This document shows, piece after piece, positions 59,712 through 64,000 of a stretch of DNA of 64,000 nt. The stretch's first letter is position 1. Every line of letters begins with the position of its first letter. Location of the stretch: positions 10,671-74,670 of the forward strand of contig CAYWKF010000007.1 of NCBI GenBank assembly GCA_964459155.1. The letters are read 5' to 3'. The notes below the pieces were generated by a model. The model searched no databases. It was given only the letters and a program-made list of their open reading frames with translations, and had not been told where the DNA came from. Origin of the DNA: an uncultured Desulfobacterales bacterium. Its GTDB lineage: Bacteria; Desulfobacterota; Dissulfuribacteria; Dissulfuribacterales; JALVPX01. The position numbers and the translations under genes are program-made.

Positions 59712-60599
59712 CTAACCCTTCAGGGCTTCAGCGCCGCCTACGATATCCATCAATTCCTTGGTGATAGCCGCCTGACGCGCCTTATTATAAGCCAACGTCA
59801 GTGTCTCTATCATGTCTTTACATGCTCTGCTGGCGTTATCCATGGCTGTCATACGGGCAGCCTGCTCGCTTGCAACAGTCTCCAACATCGCATGCATGAT
59901 TTGGACGTTGACGTATAGTGGCATCAACGTGCCTAGGATTTCTTCTGGAGACGGTTCATAAATATATACAGGCTTTGCCTCCCCTGACTCCTCTTCTTGC
60001 TCAACCTCCCCGAGGCCTTCACTGGCTATAGGCAGTAACTGTTTCAATGTGGGTTTTTGAGTCACCACGTTTATGAATCTGCCGTAAACAAGTTGAACTT
60101 GATCAACTTCTCCTTCGAGAAATAGGTTAGAAACCTCTTTTCCGGCCTGCCGGGCATTGAACATTTGCACGTTTCCCATGATATCAACGTTGCTGTACAT
60201 CACTTCATAGTCAGAACGTTGAAAGTAGCTGGCACCCTTTCGTCCAATGCAGGCGAAAGCCACTTCCTTGCCTTCTTCTTTCAAGGATGCGGCCATCTTT
60301 TCTGATGCATTGATAATGTTAGCATTAAAGGCTCCGCACAGGCCTCTATCAGAAGTCACCACTAGCAGTAACACCTTCTTAACGTCCCTAATCTCCATCA
60401 AAGGAAAAGCATTGGGATTGGCACTGCCAGAAAGCACTCCCATTACCGAAGCGAATTTCTCGGCATAAGGCCGGAACTGCTCCATGCGTTCTTGCGCACC
60501 GCGCAGCTTCGCTGCAGCCACCATGTTCATGGCCTTAGTAATCTGCTCGGTCTTCTTGATGCCTTGAATCTTTAATTGTATGTCTTTCAAAGATGGCAT
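59712..60599 (-). CDS. atpG: ATP synthase gamma subunit
   Basis: ITKAMNMVAAAK, SDRGLCGAFN, RMTAMDNAS, ARQAAITKEL. Confidence 0.98.
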   Translation of the reverse strand: MPSLKDIQLKIQGIKKTEQITKAMNMVAAAKLRGAQERMEQFRPYAEKFASVMGVLSGSANPNAFPLMEIRDVKKVLLLVVTSDRGLCGAFNANIINASEKMAASLKEEGKEVAFACIGRKGASYFQRSDYEVMYSNVDIMGNVQMFNARQAGKEVSNLFLEGEVDQVQLVYGRFINVVTQKPTLKQLLPIASEGLGEVEQEEESGEAKPVYIYEPSPEEILGTLMPLYVNVQIMHAMLETVASEQAARMTAMDNASRACKDMIETLTLAYNKARQAAITKELMDIVGGAEALKG

Positions 60600-60618
60600 T
60601 TTTTAAGTCCCTTTCGGC

Positions 60619-62142
60619 CTACAGATTACGCACTGCCTTGAACTCTTTTTTGAACTCTTCAATGGCAGCATTCATTTTCTTGTCCAAATCATCCGATATT
60701 TCCTGTTTTTCTTTCAACTCCTGGAAGATATCTGGATGTTTATTTTCTACGAATTCATAGAGTTCTTTCTCGAAATCTTGCAGCACATCAACAGGCAGGT
60801 CGTCCAAGAGTCCCCTAGTACCCGCATAAAGTATCGTTACTTGTTTCTCCATTGGGAGCGGCTGATACTGAGGCTGCTTGAGAATCTCAACCAATCTCTC
60901 ACCACGGTTGAGTTGCTGCTGCGTGGCCTTGTCAAGGTCGCTTCCAAACTGGGCAAAGGCCGCCAGTTCCCTGTACTGGGCAAGATCCAACCTCAGGGTA
61001 CCGGCCACTTGCTTCATTGCCTTCACCTGAGCTGCACCACCAACTCGAGAAACGGAGAGACCAACGTTAATAGCCGGACGAATGCCAGCAAAGAATAGAG
61101 AAGGTTCAAGATAAACCTGACCATCTGTAATGGAGATAACGTTTGTGGGAATGTAAGCTGAAACGTCACCTTGCTGGGTTTCGATAATCGGCAATGCCGT
61201 CAGGCTACCGGCTCCCAACTCGTCGTTCAGTTTGGCAGACCTTTCCAACAACCTTGAATGGTTATAAAAAATGTCTCCAGGATAAGCCTCACGTCCTGGA
61301 GGACGCCTGAGCAAGAGTGAAAGTTCCCTGTAAGCCACAGCCTGCTTGGACAAATCGTCATAAATTATCAAGGCGTGTTTGCCATTGTCCCTAAAATATT
61401 CGCCCATAGCCGTTGCTGAGAAGGAGGATAGATACTGCAGAGAAGCGGGCTCGCTGGCACTACTGGCTACGACAGTCGTATATTCCATGGCTCCATGGCG
61501 ACGTAGCGCCTCCACAACAAGGGCCACAGTTGCCTGCTTCTGGCCAACAGCGTTGTAAATACAGTAAACATCCGTGTCTTTTTGTGCGATAATGGCGTCC
61601 ACACCAATGGCAGTTTTGCCAATCTGGCGGTCACCAATAATCAACTCGCGCTGACCCCTTCCCACAGGAGTCATAGCATCCACTGCCTTGAGACCTGTAT
61701 AGCAGGGCTCATGGACAGGCTTTCTTTCGATAACGCCTGGAGCCTTCATCTCGATACGCCGGAACTCCGTGGCATTTATGGGTCCTTTGCCGTCAATTGG
61801 ATTACCGAGTGCATCGACAACGCGTCCCAACAGCGCTTCACCCACTGGGACCTGGGCAATTTTACCCGTACGTTTGACCAAATCGCCCTCTTTGACGCCC
61901 TCTGTAGCACCCATAACAGCAACACCGACATTGTCCTGTTCAAGGTTCAGGGCGACACCCATAATGCCACCTGGAAATTCCACCAGCTCCATGGCCATGC
62001 AGTTACGGATTCCATAAATCCTGGCAACGTTGTCACCCACTGAAAGCACCGTACCTGTTTCAGCCAAATCGATGGTTTTTTCGTATTCCTGGATCTGTTT
62101 CTTGATAATGTCACTTATTTCTGCTGCTTTTATCTGTGCCAT
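60619..62142 (-). CDS. atpA: ATP synthase alpha subunit
   Basis: [27 protein letters not shown]. Confidence 0.99.
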   Translation of the reverse strand: MAQIKAAEISDIIKKQIQEYEKTIDLAETGTVLSVGDNVARIYGIRNCMAMELVEFPGGIMGVALNLEQDNVGVAVMGATEGVKEGDLVKRTGKIAQVPVGEALLGRVVDALGNPIDGKGPINATEFRRIEMKAPGVIERKPVHEPCYTGLKAVDAMTPVGRGQRELIIGDRQIGKTAIGVDAIIAQKDTDVYCIYNAVGQKQATVALVVEALRRHGAMEYTTVVASSASEPASLQYLSSFSATAMGEYFRDNGKHALIIYDDLSKQAVAYRELSLLLRRPPGREAYPGDIFYNHSRLLERSAKLNDELGAGSLTALPIIETQQGDVSAYIPTNVISITDGQVYLEPSLFFAGIRPAINVGLSVSRVGGAAQVKAMKQVAGTLRLDLAQYRELAAFAQFGSDLDKATQQQLNRGERLVEILKQPQYQPLPMEKQVTILYAGTRGLLDDLPVDVLQDFEKELYEFVENKHPDIFQELKEKQEISDDLDKKMNAAIEEFKKEFKAVRNL

Positions 62143-62693
62143 TATTCGAGCTCACCCCTCCCTATAGAATCTTTAAAGCCACTTAGTTGGCTTCGTATAC
62201 TACCATCCCAAACCATATCGCCGATTCGGGCTATCACCCCACCAATGATAGATGGGTCTTCATCCAGTTGCAAAACAACTTCTTTTCCAGCCGCCTTGGC
62301 CAGTGCATCGGCCACCTTGTCTTTCAGGTCATCAGGAAGTGGCACGGCTGTGGTCACAACCGCTCTCACAACGCCCATTTCTTCATCAAGAAGCTCCTGA
62401 TAGCACTGACCTATTTGACGCAGATGCTGTATCCGATGCTGATCTACAAGCAGCGTCAAAAACTTGGCCAAAGTTGGATCAACAGAATAGGCCTTTATGA
62501 GTTCATCCACCACTTGCTGCTTGAGGTCAGGCGGAAAGACCGGACTTACGAGAGCAGCCTCCACGTCAGGGCTCGTCTCAAAGAAGGCCTCAATGGCCTG
62601 AAGCGTCTTTCCAAACTCTTCAAGCTTGCCTTCATCCTTGGCCACTAAGAACAGGGCCTTTGCATAACGTCTGGCAATTACTGTACTAGTCAA
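62142..62693 (-). CDS. atpH: ATP synthase delta subunit
   Basis: [32 protein letters not shown]. Confidence 0.95.
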   Translation of the reverse strand: MTSTVIARRYAKALFLVAKDEGKLEEFGKTLQAIEAFFETSPDVEAALVSPVFPPDLKQQVVDELIKAYSVDPTLAKFLTLLVDQHRIQHLRQIGQCYQELLDEEMGVVRAVVTTAVPLPDDLKDKVADALAKAAGKEVVLQLDEDPSIIGGVIARIGDMVWDGSIRSQLSGFKDSIGRGELE

Positions 62694-63391
62694 TTTTTAT
62701 GCACCACCTTCTCCAGGTATTCGCTGATGAGCCGATGATGATCTTTTTCCGTGAGGTTCTTTCTGATCAAATCCTCGGCCATCTTTACTGCTGTATCAGC
62801 AACTGTTTTGGTAAGTTCGACCTTGGCCTTGGCAAGTTCCTGCTGAACGAAAAACTCTGCCTGGCCTTTTATTCTCTCTGCAGCCTCTTTTGCCTGGGCA
62901 ATAATCTTCTCTTTTTCTGCCTTGCCTTGCTCGATAAAGGTCTGCAATATTTTCTCAGCCTCTTGTTCCATATTGGACAAGCGTTTTTCATACTCAGCAT
63001 ATTTCTGCTGAGCTTGTGCCTTCTGTTTCTCCAAAGTCTCCAACTCGGTGCGAATAGACTCAGTCCTGTCCTGAAGAGCGCCAGCAATTGGTTTTCTCAA
63101 AAGCTTAAAAAGCACTATTGCCAAAAGCGAGAAATTGAGACAATGCCATATGAAGTTCATTAACTGCGTCTTGGTTATACCGTGGTGTGCACCATGGCCA
63201 GCCGCCGCCCCATGCTCAGCAGCAGCTTCTCCTCCGTGGCCTGCAACAGCCGGAGCTTCGTGGCCAGCAGTTGGAGCGCCGTGTCCAGTCTCAGACCAGA
63301 CAGTTGCTGATAGCGCAAACATTACGCTAAGCGCAGCAACCACCGCCAACAAAATCGTCGCTCCCCTGAAACTCTTCGTAACTCTCTCCAT
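62690..63391 (-). CDS. atpF: ATP synthase F0 subunit b with His/Ala-rich N-terminal extension
   Basis: TM NFIWHCLNFSLL, LRKPI..AL.DR, long coiled coil; precedes atpH. Confidence 0.9.
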   Translation of the reverse strand: MERVTKSFRGATILLAVVAALSVMFALSATVWSETGHGAPTAGHEAPAVAGHGGEAAAEHGAAAGHGAHHGITKTQLMNFIWHCLNFSLLAIVLFKLLRKPIAGALQDRTESIRTELETLEKQKAQAQQKYAEYEKRLSNMEQEAEKILQTFIEQGKAEKEKIIAQAKEAAERIKGQAEFFVQQELAKAKVELTKTVADTAVKMAEDLIRKNLTEKDHHRLISEYLEKVVHKN

Positions 63392-63816
63392 TAAAGGGCC
63401 CTCCCCAATATCTTCTGGGCTATTTCCAGACCAAATGCCTCAGCCTTACTCAAAAGATCCTTTTTCGCTGCTTCTATTTGGGCAGTCAGCTCAGCCATAA
63501 GTTCCTGCTTCCTGGAAGCGGCTTCTTGGGTGCTCTCCTCCAACAGTTTCGCCTCCAGTTGCCTCGCTTCTTCCTTCATTGCCTCACGCTGAGCCTGGCC
63601 ATTTCTACGCGCTTCAGCCAATTTTTGCTCATAGTTCTCCAGAAGCTGCTGAGCGTTACGCTCAAACTTTTCAGCCTCAGACCTCATGGCACCCATCCTA
63701 CCCTCTCTCTCCTCAAGAAAACTACGAATGGGCTTGTACAAAATTTTATTGAGGACAAAAATCAAAGACAATGTCAAGATGATTTGCAGAAACAGGGAAA
63801 CATCTATATCTATCAT
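63391..63816 (-). CDS. atpF: ATP synthase F0 subunit b'
   Basis: IDIDVSLFLQI, LNKILYKPI, coiled coil; first gene of the atpF'FHAGDC operon. Confidence 0.88.
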   Translation of the reverse strand: MIDIDVSLFLQIILTLSLIFVLNKILYKPIRSFLEEREGRMGAMRSEAEKFERNAQQLLENYEQKLAEARRNGQAQREAMKEEARQLEAKLLEESTQEAASRKQELMAELTAQIEAAKKDLLSKAEAFGLEIAQKILGRAL

Positions 63817-64000
63817 GGCTACTCCCTATAACCCCGCTGTTCAGGAAAGATCTTGTAATTTTAAGGTGTTAAAAAAAATGAACACCCATTCAGAAAATAC
63901 TAAGGGAGCTTTTACATTATTTAAGCCAACAAGTCAATACCTTTGTGGACTATATTCCTTGCCTGTCGCCCCACAAAATTTTGTGCAACTGAAGTTGCAG

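Noticed and set aside
63972-64000. Perfect 14 bp palindrome CACAAAATTTTGTG and TGCAAC/GTTGCA hairpin upstream of the atp operon, considered as a Rex operator
   Set aside because: Half-sites are in the opposite orientation to Rex (TTGTGAA-N4-TTCACAA), and the context is cut off at the window edge.

Overview
A 64 kb, gene-dense chromosomal segment of a bacterium that looks deltaproteobacterial (Desulfobacterota-like). This is inferred from gene order: rpsF-rpsR-DUF2232-rplI-dnaB without ssb, zapB-zapA-6S RNA-rny-tyrS, and a split ATP synthase locus atpF'-F-H-A-G-D-C. About two thirds is core housekeeping: purM, ihfB, ftsY, rsmG, dnaB, ribosomal proteins, lon, the ffh-rpsP-khpA-rimM-trmD-rplS-rnhB cluster, gatCA, tmk, tyrS, rny, glmU and the F1/stator ATP synthase genes. 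A 6S RNA, a probable S6:S18 leader and several terminators are visible. I saw no rRNA, tRNA, CRISPR array, transposase or integrase. The best candidates for undescribed biology are: (1) a CcmF-like heme lyase split into two in-frame ORFs separated only by one TAG, keeping all the expected heme-ligand histidines, in an operon with a MinD-like ATPase, TatD and two transporters (31.3-37.3 kb); (2) a convergent locus in which two Cys-cluster (YkgJ-like) genes each head an operon, one an NMT1/THI5-type ABC importer and the other a Zn-deaminase plus a radical SAM enzyme, next to purM and DUF523 (1-8.2 kb); (3) a 754 aa AAA+ ATPase with a large unassigned N-terminal region, translationally coupled to a cyclophilin (40.9-43.2 kb); (4) a PhoU-DUF47 fusion. 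All family calls come from reading motifs by eye; no database search was run.
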